Shown here: positions 1 through 8,295 of the stretch, piece by piece | How the letters are laid out: every line of letters starts with the position of its first letter | Numbering within the stretch: position 1 is the stretch's first letter | Assembly (NCBI GenBank): GCA_013215275.1 | Contig: JABSRF010000004.1 | Coordinates: forward strand, 1-52,994 | DNA length: 52,994 nucleotides | Reading direction: 5' to 3' | DNA from: Oligoflexales bacterium | Lineage (GTDB): Bacteria; Bdellovibrionota_B; Oligoflexia; Oligoflexales; Bog-1112 | Position numbers and translations under genes: made by a program | Notes under the pieces: generated by a model | Told to the model about the DNA's origin: nothing | Databases searched by the model: none | Seen by the model: the letters and a program-made list of their open reading frames with translations, nothing else

Positions 1-89
1 TTACCTAATGATTGGAGAGCTAACATAATTTCTAGACACAAGGATAATTTTTATCTCGCTTGAAAACCAAGCCATTGTTTAACAAGTTT

Positions 90-114
90 CAACTGTCGGG
101 CTGCCCGACAGTTG
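90..114. promoter_or_regulatory. parS-like palindrome CAACTGTCGGGC-T-GCCCGACAGTTG
   Basis: Perfect 12-1-12 palindrome. An 18 bp stretch of it (93-110) recurs exactly inside parB at 51161-51178. It lies upstream of parA if the window is circular. Confidence 0.6.
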
Positions 115-227
115 GACTAATTGGATAATGAAATCGACTTTTTTATTCTTTATGCAAGGTACATAAAAAATTCTCTGCTATAATCCAATACAGACAACGA
201 TTTCGGAACATCTAAAGAAGGTACAAA

Positions 228-509
228 ATGAACAAGTCAGAATTCACCGAACATCTCGCGGAACAAATGGAAACTACAAAAGCTGAAGCTGGCCGCTGGT
301 TGGATGCAATAATAGAAGGCATTCATACCGGCATCAAAACTGAAGAGGGCGTCAAGCTTGCTGGCCTGGGTTCGTTCATTCGAAGCAAACGTTCAGCCAG
401 AATGGGCCGCAATCCACAAACAGGTGAAGAAATTAAAATCCCTGCTAAATGGGTGCCTACTTTCAAAGCAGCAAGTCAGCTCAAAGAAGTTGTTCAACAG
501 AAGAAATAG
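228..509 (+). CDS. hup: HU family histone-like DNA-binding protein
   Basis: MNKSEF start, GLGSF, R.GRNPQTGEEIKIPA..VPTFKA signature; 93 aa. Confidence 0.95.
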   Translation: MNKSEFTEHLAEQMETTKAEAGRWLDAIIEGIHTGIKTEEGVKLAGLGSFIRSKRSARMGRNPQTGEEIKIPAKWVPTFKAASQLKEVVQQKK

Positions 510-533
510 GCAGCCAGCCGCTGGAGAAGCAAC

Positions 534-887
534 TTGGATGACACTACACGCGAAGCAGCTATTGACTATATTAAGTCTTGGGCTTCTTCATCCTCCAGAC
601 CAACTAGGAATGGTGAGCAAGTTCGAAAGTATATCGATCGGGCAGACGACCATGATATTTTGGTAGCCTGCGCTTTCGTTCGCCGCTTCAAAGGATTTCC
701 TCATGAGACTAAGTTTCATCTTATTGAAGAAAAACTTGATGAAGAAGACTTGAAGGTTGCACAAGAATTCTTGCAGGGCCAAGACGATACGGAAGCGGAA
801 CTGATAGCACTTGGTTTGGAAGCTGAACTGGGTAGACAACTAACACCTGCAGGCCGCAGTGAAACAGGCAACCACCTGAACGAATAA
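534..887 (+). CDS. hypothetical protein
   Basis: 117 aa ORF directly after HU, GGAG RBS before a TTG start; no recognisable family. Confidence 0.55.
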   Translation: MDDTTREAAIDYIKSWASSSSRPTRNGEQVRKYIDRADDHDILVACAFVRRFKGFPHETKFHLIEEKLDEEDLKVAQEFLQGQDDTEAELIALGLEAELGRQLTPAGRSETGNHLNE

Positions 888-903
888 TATCAACAACATA
901 CAT

Positions 904-1154
904 CGAGCTTATGACAAATGTCATTACCTCCATATTTTAGAGGCTTAGAATGTATCTGACTTGTTATATACCTTTTTAGATATATATATCCCGACAGGTA
1001 TATCTCTTATCAAACATATATCTATCTGGATATATTTCTTGATGGGTATATTGGCGGCGAAAAAGACATATGTCTTTATGGAATGTTTTTAATTGCTTAG
1101 ATTTCAAACTACGACAACTATCGTAGTTACCGCCGAGGTTCAGACAAATGTCTT
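904..1154. repeat. cluster of GACA-N2-TGTC palindromes and TATAT-rich repeats
   Basis: atGACAAATGTCat (911), aaGACATATGTCtt (1063), acGACAACTATCgt variant (1111), caGACAAATGTCtt (1141), with GATATATC-like repeats at 965-1052. Confidence 0.65.
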
Positions 1155-1206
1155 AAGCTCATAATTTCTACTATTTGGCTCTCATAAGTATCAGGAATGA
1201 TACGTA

Positions 1207-1788
1207 TCAAATCTCATTCATAAAAGCCCGGTGAACATCATCTGCTTGCACTCCTAGGTAAGTGAGCGTTTGAAGCTGACTGGAGTGATTAAATGCCACC
1301 ATTAAGGTTGGAAGGTCTGTTTTAAACTGGGTGCGCTGCATGTACCCAAAAGTTTTCCTGAGACTATGGCTGCCAAAGCGCCCCTTTATAGAACATTCCT
1401 TTGCCCAAGCTTGCACCATGCGGTTAAGGTGACGCACGGTAATTGCATCGTGGCCACCTTTTCTTGATAAGAAAAGCGGAGCGTCATCTCTAGTTGAGCG
1501 CCTAGTTCCCAAGTACTTTTGCAGTGCATTATGGCTTGCTCTGTTTAGCGTTACCTGTCTGGCCTTACCAGTTTTCTTTTCCCGAATCACAAAATGCTCA
1601 CCTGGGCTTAGGTGCTTAACGTCTGAAAGTCTTATCCGAAGTAAGTCAGAAGCTCTCAGCGCCGTATTTATACCGATTGTGAAAATAGCGAGGTTTCTAG
1701 GCGAGTCTGTGAGAAGCCGTTTAATTGAGCTTACATGCTGGGGTAAACGTATAGGTTCAACTCTTGTGATGCGTCCTAGGTTGGCCAT
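1207..1788 (-). CDS. small catalytic-domain-only tyrosine recombinase (resolvase/invertase type)
   Basis: LRASDLL (R), EKKTGK (K), HSLRKTFG (HxxR), NHSS (H), TLTYL (Y); 193 aa with no arm-binding domain. Confidence 0.92.
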   Translation of the reverse strand: MANLGRITRVEPIRLPQHVSSIKRLLTDSPRNLAIFTIGINTALRASDLLRIRLSDVKHLSPGEHFVIREKKTGKARQVTLNRASHNALQKYLGTRRSTRDDAPLFLSRKGGHDAITVRHLNRMVQAWAKECSIKGRFGSHSLRKTFGYMQRTQFKTDLPTLMVAFNHSSQLQTLTYLGVQADDVHRAFMNEI

Positions 1789-1816
1789 GATCGCTCCAAA
1801 GAAAGGGGCCGGTTTT

Positions 1817-1852
1817 AGTTAACTTTGCCATTATATATTATTGGTGGGTTAC
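1817..1852. promoter_or_regulatory. imperfect palindrome overlapping the recombinase promoter; possible resolution site
   Basis: AACTTTGCCA-TTATATATTAT-TGGTGGGTT just upstream of the recombinase start; contains TATAAT on the minus strand. Confidence 0.35.
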
Positions 1853-1909
1853 AAGCCAATGCCACCTTTTGTTTAAAAGGTACCATTCAAACAAGGATCT
1901 GCCAAAGCC

Positions 1910-2083
1910 ATGTGTCGGATGTGTCGAGCATGTGTCAGAGTCTTTATCATTGTTATATTGGAAACTTAGGTTATGTGTCGATGTGTCGGGAGGAAAGGGG
2001 ATAACGTGTTATAATGTTACAAACGTGTTATAAGTAATAATCCAATGATATCAGCGTTTTACCAACATGTTATAATGTTATGG
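1910..2083. repeat. two tandem 3+2 direct-repeat modules (ATGTGTC x5; TGTTA(T/C) x5)
   Basis: ATGTGTC at 1910, 1919, 1930, 1973, 1981; TGTTATAA or variants at 2007, 2015, 2026, 2068, 2076. Confidence 0.8.
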
Positions 2084-2119
2084 ATTTTGAGGTGATGATT
2101 ACGATATATCGTTTACTCT

Positions 2120-2314
2120 TTAAAAACACCTCAGCACCCCATCTATTTTAACTATCCTTGACCCACCTGTTTTGTAACACCGAAGCAGTGAACGCTTATA
2201 CTGTGCTTCTTCTCCTTTGTTTATAGGCACTGAGCTTTCCCCTTTTTGCGAAACGCTACTACCTGCACATGAACTACAAAAAATGATAATAAGTGCTGCA
2301 AATAATTTTTTCAT
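2120..2314 (-). CDS. small lipoprotein (possible superinfection exclusion)
   Basis: MKKLFAALIIIFCSSC signal with lipobox-like Cys and two further C-terminal Cys; likely ATG at 2314 (track start 2326). Confidence 0.65.
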   Translation of the reverse strand: MKKLFAALIIIFCSSCAGSSVSQKGESSVPINKGEEAQYKRSLLRCYKTGGSRIVKIDGVLRCF

Positions 2315-2592
2315 TATCTGGTCCAAACTAACCCGTTACGCCCTCTTTAGGAGGGCTAACGAGAAGCAACTAACTTAGGAATTAAGAAGCAAATCATTAG
2401 GTGTGATCCAATGTTAGCAAATATGATGCAAGCCAGCTCCAGGCAAAGATTTCCTACCGCCTAAAATCTGAAAAACCCTCGTAAAACTCGGTCGTTTTTC
2501 CTTTGCTATAGTCCTTCTTTTCTTGGCAACTCCAAAGAAACCTCCCTCTAGGCTCTCAGGTCATTACGCCCCCAAAAAGTGATCAACTTCAC

Positions 2593-2657
2593 CCCGAGGG
2601 TTTTTACCCATGTTTTTTCATACGAAAAATAAGGTCTTGACACGCTAGTTTGATCAC
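2593..2657 (+). repeat. left arm of 65 bp inverted repeat
   Basis: 59/65 identical by manual alignment to the reverse complement of 4456-4520. Confidence 0.92.
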
Positions 2658-2776
2658 AATCAATCGACAGGGGCACTCAGTTTGTCAAGTACTATTTTAC
2701 ATACGATTTTTCGGATATAAAAATAACTAACTTTTCTAGTTATCGTACGATTTTTCGTTGCTTAAAAATAGTTTAA

Positions 2777-3163
2777 TTGACAGCGTTTTTTTATGTTCCT
2801 ACTCTGGATTTAGTTGCAAAGTTCAAAACAATTTCAAAGGAGTTTCGCATGATGACAGACGCCGAGATAGCTAAGGGTATAGCTTCAAAAATCAAAGACT
2901 ATCAGGAAGAGATGTGGTTTTTGGGCACTGACATTCTATTTGAGAGGGATTTAGATTTAATGAATGAGGGTAAAGGAACTGCATTTAATCGAGAAGAAGG
3001 TGCCATATATCTTGCTCAAAACGAGTCTTTTTTTGAGGAGGAAGGTTACTCGTATTTCTTTATAGAGATCATTAAAGAGGCTAGAGAAAGAGGTTATGTA
3101 TGGATTTTCTTCGATCGGGATATTCAAACCAACTACATTAAGACAGGAGTTAGCAATGCATAA
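2777..3163 (+). CDS. acidic hypothetical protein
   Basis: ORF coupled to the next gene; likely real start is MMTDAE at 2849 after AGGAG. Confidence 0.65.
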   Translation: MTAFFYVPTLDLVAKFKTISKEFRMMTDAEIAKGIASKIKDYQEEMWFLGTDILFERDLDLMNEGKGTAFNREEGAIYLAQNESFFEEEGYSYFFIEIIKEARERGYVWIFFDRDIQTNYIKTGVSNA

Positions 3164-3647
3164 GTACCAAGCAATGGACGTATTCGGAATCGACGAAAGC
3201 ATCGACAAAACAAGTCTAAAAGGGCTCTACCTTTCGTTAATCAAAAAGTATCACCCAGACGTTAACGCCTCGGGCCTTCACATGACACAGTTGATTAACC
3301 AAGCGTATGACGTGCTTAAAGACTTGGATTTTATCGACAGGGAAGGCAAAGCAAGCAATCTTGATTTATCAGAAGAACTTGAAAAAGCTATCAATCTAGC
3401 TTGTCAGCTTGTAGGGGTTGAAATCGAACTATGTGGTACATGGCTGTGGGTTCGAGGTGATACGAAGCAACATAAGGAAGCTTTAAAGGAAGGAGGTTTT
3501 ACATTCCATAGTAAAAAAGTTTGCTGGTACTGGACCAAGGCACCACGGAAAAGGAGGTACAACAAGCAGTTAGAAATGGATGATATTAGGGCTAAATATG
3601 GTTCTAAAGGGTTTAAGTCTGATCAACATCAATATTTAGGAGTTTAA
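3096..3647 (+). CDS. J-domain (DnaJ-like) protein of phage/plasmid type
   Basis: KKYHPDVN...INQAYDVL J-domain HPD motif followed by ELCGTWLWVRGDTK..KEALK domain; likely start MHKYQA at 3156. Confidence 0.85.
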   Translation: MYGFSSIGIFKPTTLRQELAMHKYQAMDVFGIDESIDKTSLKGLYLSLIKKYHPDVNASGLHMTQLINQAYDVLKDLDFIDREGKASNLDLSEELEKAINLACQLVGVEIELCGTWLWVRGDTKQHKEALKEGGFTFHSKKVCWYWTKAPRKRRYNKQLEMDDIRAKYGSKGFKSDQHQYLGV

Positions 3648-3648
3648 A

Positions 3649-4116
3649 ATGGATCTACTAGAACGCTTAGACAAGATTGCATACAAAAAATCTCAACCCT
3701 TCTGCTACTCCTGTTATGTCAGGGTTAAAGGCTCTCACTGTAGGCTTTGTGGTTCAGACGATCTAATGCGAGAAGACAAAAATGGTCTTGATTGGGGGAT
3801 CGATCATATTATCGAGACTATATTGGATGATGAGCCCGTAGAGCACGCATGTATCACTGATAGCTACGATTTAATGCTAGATGAATGCTACCCAGAGGTG
3901 CAAATGGGATACAATACCTGGACACCTTCAGACCTTCTAAAAAACATGTCACCGGGAGACTATGAATATGGCAAAGGGGAACACTTAGACCATCTCATAG
4001 AAAGCGAACAAGTCATTGAAATCAACGGTAACTACTACTGGGAAGCTGAAATAAGTGAACTAGTAGAAGGTCTTGAAAATGAATTAGAGGAAGAGAATGG
4101 TGATTCAGCGGCTTAA
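3649..4116 (+). CDS. hypothetical protein with N-terminal CxxC...CxxC zinc ribbon and acidic C-terminus
   Basis: CYSC...CRLC; AGGAG RBS; followed by a terminator. Confidence 0.7.
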   Translation: MDLLERLDKIAYKKSQPFCYSCYVRVKGSHCRLCGSDDLMREDKNGLDWGIDHIIETILDDEPVEHACITDSYDLMLDECYPEVQMGYNTWTPSDLLKNMSPGDYEYGKGEHLDHLIESEQVIEINGNYYWEAEISELVEGLENELEEENGDSAA

Positions 4117-4176
4117 GTTTGAGCGCCTACGCTCGCTGAATCATCTATAAACTAACAACCCCATACTTAATTGTCT

Positions 4177-4201
4177 AGCCCGCCTTTGAGCGGGCTTTTT
4201 T
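4177..4201 (+). terminator. rho-independent terminator
   Basis: AGCCCGC-CTTTGA-GCGGGCT stem followed by a T run, after the three-gene cassette. Confidence 0.8.
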
Positions 4202-4455
4202 AGTTTCAGCCTCGCCAGCACCACCGGACTTTTTTACCGCCCGTTATCACAAAAATAATTCCATTTTTTCTTTTTTTCCTTAAATCCATTTTTAATAATC
4301 TCGCCTCTTATATGCTCTATTTTTGGGCTATTATTGGGTTTTAGGTCGTGACCGCCGAAACCGTTTGCGACATTTAGTTTTTAACATTTTTTTGTGATAC
4401 TAAATTTCGTTATGTCGTTTTTTCTTGACAAAAAACGTGATCATTTGAGGCCCTG

Positions 4456-4520
4456 GTGATCAAACTAGCGTGTCAAGTGCTAATTTTTTGTTCGAAAAAA
4501 CATGGGTAAAAACCCTCGGG
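4456..4520 (-). repeat. right arm of 65 bp inverted repeat
   Basis: Reverse complement matches 2593-2657 at 59/65. Confidence 0.92.
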
Positions 4521-4796
4521 TTCAACTGAGGTAACACCCCCATATCGCCGAACGGCGAAAGCTCTGAGACTCGATTTAACCCATGTCGCCGAGGGTTCCG
4601 GGTACTATAGCCCATCCAAAAACCTTCGGGTCTATGCGGTTTTCATTGGTTCAGCGGGCCGAACCAATGAGAGCAATTTTAAGCCATTGGCCAGTGGGGA
4701 AAATTGTGTACAGACCTCTTAGGGGTGTGATTCGGGGCGGTCGTGTGTGAGGGCTTAGAAGGGTTTTTTTAGGGCTTCGCTCCTATTTTGAGTACC

Positions 4797-5351
4797 TTAA
4801 CAAGCCTCTCCAGCCTTCTTCCTAAGCAAGCGCTTTTTCAGTTCCTGCTTTAAGGTACATTCATCATTGTAACTTCCCTCGATACAATGATGCCAATCTC
4901 GACCAATAAGCAATTCAACTACTTCTATTTTGTCGTTAGCCATATATACCCGTAGAGCAAAATAGCCGGGAAAGCGGGAATAGTAATCATATGATCTTGA
5001 GTTTTTGTTTCTTAGGCAATCTTTCTCTGGCCCATCATCTTCACTTAAGGTGTGATGAAATCGATCGTGCCTTTTTAGAGTGAAATTCCTAAGAGTTAAT
5101 TCTGCATCAAGAATATCGGTATCAATATCTTCATTAGTCTTAGATTTCTCTGCATAACATGTGAATTCGAACTCCTCATTTATCCCTAAAAAGCTGCCCT
5201 CGTTATCTGGGTAAAGTTTTTCACATACCCTCCCCAAGATAATTTCTTTCCCTGATACAACCTCGGTTCCACACCTGTTGTTGCAAGTAGCTGTATAGGT
5301 GCCATCATCATTCATTTCTAGTTTCGTTAAGTTCTCAATTCCCATTTTCAA
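4797..5351 (-). CDS. hypothetical protein
   Basis: 184 aa ORF coupled to the end of the late operon. Confidence 0.65.
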   Translation of the reverse strand: MKMGIENLTKLEMNDDGTYTATCNNRCGTEVVSGKEIILGRVCEKLYPDNEGSFLGINEEFEFTCYAEKSKTNEDIDTDILDAELTLRNFTLKRHDRFHHTLSEDDGPEKDCLRNKNSRSYDYYSRFPGYFALRVYMANDKIEVVELLIGRDWHHCIEGSYNDECTLKQELKKRLLRKKAGEAC

Positions 5352-5749
5352 ATCCTTCTATAACCTAATAATTTTTCTTTGCTGTACTTCAAAATCTGCA
5401 CCTTTCCCTTTTGGTTCCCGCCTAAGCAGTAAATCCCGTTCTTATCTTCTCGAATGTAAATACTCACATGCCCGCGCCAGTCAGTAGGCGCAACCCTCCA
5501 AAAGACGACAATATCCCCGATTGCTGGTTCATCCACAGGTCCGCCTATCTTTAGATAAGATCGGGCAACTTGCGGTTTTGGTGGTAACTCATAACCAAGC
5601 TTTGCAAGCAATGATCCGACAAAAACCCCGCACCAATTGGAGTTTAGAGGTATGACTACATCACATTGATTGGCAAAGTCGGGGTTGTAGGTGGAGCCAT
5701 AGGCAGCTAGGGCAAGCATGAGGACTTGATTACTCATTAGCCCAACCAA
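5348..5749 (-). CDS. TIGR02594-like CHAP/NlpC-P60 cysteine peptidase (putative endolysin)
   Basis: WCGVFVG...ARSYL...GDIVVFWR...GHV...LGGNQ motifs. Confidence 0.85.
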   Translation of the reverse strand: MVGLMSNQVLMLALAAYGSTYNPDFANQCDVVIPLNSNWCGVFVGSLLAKLGYELPPKPQVARSYLKIGGPVDEPAIGDIVVFWRVAPTDWRGHVSIYIREDKNGIYCLGGNQKGKVQILKYSKEKLLGYRRI

Positions 5750-6440
5750 TTATGCGAATGGTCACTTTGTGCGGGAAAGTTCCTTCAGCCGGACCATATT
5801 GATAAAGTTTAATAGTGTTACCATCGAGTTTGCACCAAGCGTTAAACCCTTTATGAATTGGGGTTAGCTGTTCTTTCAACTCGATTGTTCTTAGGTAGTC
5901 CCAGTTTCTAGGTGATGGTCCTAATCTGCATTTAAAATCGTACTCCATGTACTGCTTTCCATGGGTATCGCTTACCATGCAGATATAGATTTTACCGCTA
6001 CAAGACTCTGACTCTGAAACTAAAGTAACCTCCCCTGGTTCATGGAAAGTATGGTTAATAACTTTCATGGAAAGATTGTCATATAGAGCTTCGTTTTTGC
6101 TTTCCAAACCTTGAATTGCCTTGTTGATTTCACTTAGATCATTGCTTATCAGAAACCCTGATGTGTCGGGTATTTCATCTTTTGTAGCGTACGTTTTTGC
6201 TGCATCCGAAGCAGTTTGCATATCACTGATAGCTTCCTGCGTTGCATAAGTGCTTGCTGCATCCTTACTCTTTAAAAATTCTGATAAGTCAGTACGAACA
6301 ACTTGACTGTCCTCAAGGCTTTGAACTCTGGCAGCTAGTTTTCTAATATCCCCTCTTAAATCTAGGAGGCTAATTTCTGGTGGATTATTCTCGTTCTTCA
6401 TAAGTTCCTCTTCTATTATTTTTCCATTCTTCACTATCAC
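5730..6440 (-). CDS. putative short tail fibre / receptor-binding protein
   Basis: Position after the baseplate genes; coiled-coil with DAASTYATQE/DAAKTYATKD repeat and a beta-rich C-terminus; likely start 6401. Confidence 0.55.
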   Translation of the reverse strand: MIVKNGKIIEEELMKNENNPPEISLLDLRGDIRKLAARVQSLEDSQVVRTDLSEFLKSKDAASTYATQEAISDMQTASDAAKTYATKDEIPDTSGFLISNDLSEINKAIQGLESKNEALYDNLSMKVINHTFHEPGEVTLVSESESCSGKIYICMVSDTHGKQYMEYDFKCRLGPSPRNWDYLRTIELKEQLTPIHKGFNAWCKLDGNTIKLYQYGPAEGTFPHKVTIRIIGWANE

Positions 6441-6726
6441 CCATTCGACCTATTGAATCGATGTCGTAAATATAGTTTTTCATTAGCTCTGCTACTGATT
6501 TTGTGACTAAGGAGTTAATTGCTAATGCCAACTGGTTTTGTTTCTTATGATCTAATTCGATCTTCTGGCTTTCAATAAAGCTGCATAATTCCTCCTGTAC
6601 TCCGTTAAGGAACTGAGCGTTAATTTGGGTTCCTTTGCTGTCGTTATCCTCTGAATACGGATCACCGTCTGAAAACATACGTTTGCCATCGATAATGACC
6701 GTATCTTCTGATTCGATTCTATTCAT
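6385..6726 (-). CDS. tail fibre N-terminal (baseplate-attachment) domain protein
   Basis: FSDGDP...GTQINAQFLNGVQEEL...NQLALAI, typical of Mu-type fibre N-termini. Confidence 0.75.
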   Translation of the reverse strand: MNRIESEDTVIIDGKRMFSDGDPYSEDNDSKGTQINAQFLNGVQEELCSFIESQKIELDHKKQNQLALAINSLVTKSVAELMKNYIYDIDSIGRMGDSEEWKNNRRGTYEERE

Positions 6727-7225
6727 AGTATCTTGCCTCTACTTCTGCGTGTCTGATCTCACGACACCGATTAATAACTTCGTTGTTTCTCTTATATGTG
6801 CAAAGACTAGCCCCACACCTAAGACCGGATCTAAGTTTTTTAACCTTGTTGATTCCATAAACATGGATTTTAAGGTCTTCTGGGTAAGCTTCTATACTTA
6901 GCTGCTCACCAGCTTTGAGGTACGCCCTTAGCTGCGTCTCCAGGTATTCAAGGCTTTGGCCACCTTGGGCTGTTAGTCTGGCAATAATCTGTTGATTCAA
7001 TCCCTTATGATTGTTTGGATCGTAAGGAATCTGGAAAAACTTGCACCATGCTTGGAGGGTTGCATCAAATTTGCCTGGAGTTTCCTTGAATAGCTTTTCA
7101 ATCAAGGCTTTTGAATCATCAAACACAAGGGAGACTTGTTTTATTAGCTTGTGAAAAGGTTCATTCTCAGAGCTAAATGCCTGACCAGGGGGTAAAAGCT
7201 GTTTCATTACATCGTACTGGCTCAT
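6719..7225 (-). CDS. baseplate protein, Mu gp48/DUF2313-like
   Basis: QLLPPGQAF...L..W...GGQSLEY motif and position after baseplate J. Confidence 0.8.
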   Translation of the reverse strand: MSQYDVMKQLLPPGQAFSSENEPFHKLIKQVSLVFDDSKALIEKLFKETPGKFDATLQAWCKFFQIPYDPNNHKGLNQQIIARLTAQGGQSLEYLETQLRAYLKAGEQLSIEAYPEDLKIHVYGINKVKKLRSGLRCGASLCTYKRNNEVINRCREIRHAEVEARYYE

Positions 7226-8295
7226 AGCTTAACCTCTCCAAGCACAATGATTGCCCCTGTTTTACTAGGCTCGACGTGATCCAATGGGCTTTTAATCCGG
7301 TGGTTTGTAACTTCTGGGATTAGTGAAATAGCCCTGGAAATATCAGACAAGTAGACTGTGCCCGATTCCTTTTCCAGATTCTTATTCAAGTAGCCTTTAG
7401 GTGCAGCTACCCGGTTTAGCATGAAGCTGATTTCTTTTGTTATCCTAGCTTTTAGCTGATCTGTGGATAAGCTTTGGTCATGCTCAAGTTCTAGATCCAG
7501 GTTCAAAGGCTCTGTACTAATTGCCACAACATGAGGGATTGCAGAAACAGGGCACTTGCTTTTAATATCATCCTGCAGATCAATGTTTTCTTGGCCTGTG
7601 GGCTGGCCGGACTCTTTGAGAAAAGCTATGCACACATGGCCATTTTTTTTGCTTCCGTTTTCATCATGCCTTGGGAGTACCCATGCTCTAGTAGCGGCGG
7701 GATATTCAAGAGCCCAATTGATATAGTCATTAGGAGCCCCACCTTGAGGCGGGCGTCTCATTCGTTCTCTAAGCCTTGATCTGAGCTTAGGTAATGGCTC
7801 GGTATCAAAACCTTCTACAATAAGTTCTTTGACCGTTGCAGCGCTTTTAAGTGGTGGGAGCGTAGAAGAGACGGTCATAGTATCGCCAGCTTCAACATTA
7901 CCGACCTTACCAGCTTTCTTGCTGACCATTACAAGATCATCTGCTCCATTGATTGTTGCTGACTCTTTGAGAATGAATATGGTCCCAGCTTCATGGGTCC
8001 AAGTTGTGCCCGCTGGAATGAAAACTGTATCAGTTGATTCAACAGTTACGATTACTTCAGCTTGGCTTGCTGGTGTCTGCTCGATGCCATAAAGATTGCA
8101 CCAAGCAAGTAAAATATTTTCATCTTCACTGTCAGGAATAGCAAGGCTTGCTAAATGCTCAGCGTACCCATTAAGCATATGAGCTGTGCCGGTGATTGCA
8201 TGAGACAGCACCCGCTTGACGCTGTAGCGTAGGTCTAGGCTGCTTAAATCACCTTTCACGCGCTGGTATATGGTTTGTATGCTTTGTCTATCCAC
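7222..8295 (-). CDS. baseplate J / Mu gp47-like wedge protein
   Basis: G.DTE....LR.RL.ER.R.PPQGGA..DY..WALE motif. Confidence 0.92.
   Translation of the reverse strand: MDRQSIQTIYQRVKGDLSSLDLRYSVKRVLSHAITGTAHMLNGYAEHLASLAIPDSEDENILLAWCNLYGIEQTPASQAEVIVTVESTDTVFIPAGTTWTHEAGTIFILKESATINGADDLVMVSKKAGKVGNVEAGDTMTVSSTLPPLKSAATVKELIVEGFDTEPLPKLRSRLRERMRRPPQGGAPNDYINWALEYPAATRAWVLPRHDENGSKKNGHVCIAFLKESGQPTGQENIDLQDDIKSKCPVSAIPHVVAISTEPLNLDLELEHDQSLSTDQLKARITKEISFMLNRVAAPKGYLNKNLEKESGTVYLSDISRAISLIPEVTNHRIKSPLDHVEPSKTGAIIVLGEVKL

Noticed and set aside
1207-1788. Recombinase as the prophage integrase
   Set aside because: It lacks N-terminal arm/core-binding domains, no tRNA or att duplication is seen, and parAB-rep argues for plasmid maintenance.
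1910-2083. Possible mini-CRISPR array
   Set aside because: Repeats are only 7-8 bp with irregular short spacers, and no cas genes are present.
2326-2365. Hairpin CGTTACGCCCT...AGGGCTAACG with a bulged base, resembling an integron attC site
   Set aside because: No proper RYYYAAC/GTTRRRY pair, only one copy, and the recombinase is too short to be IntI.
5730-6726. Diversity-generating retroelement or invertible fibre cassette
   Set aside because: No reverse transcriptase, template/variable repeat pair or alternative fibre ends were found.
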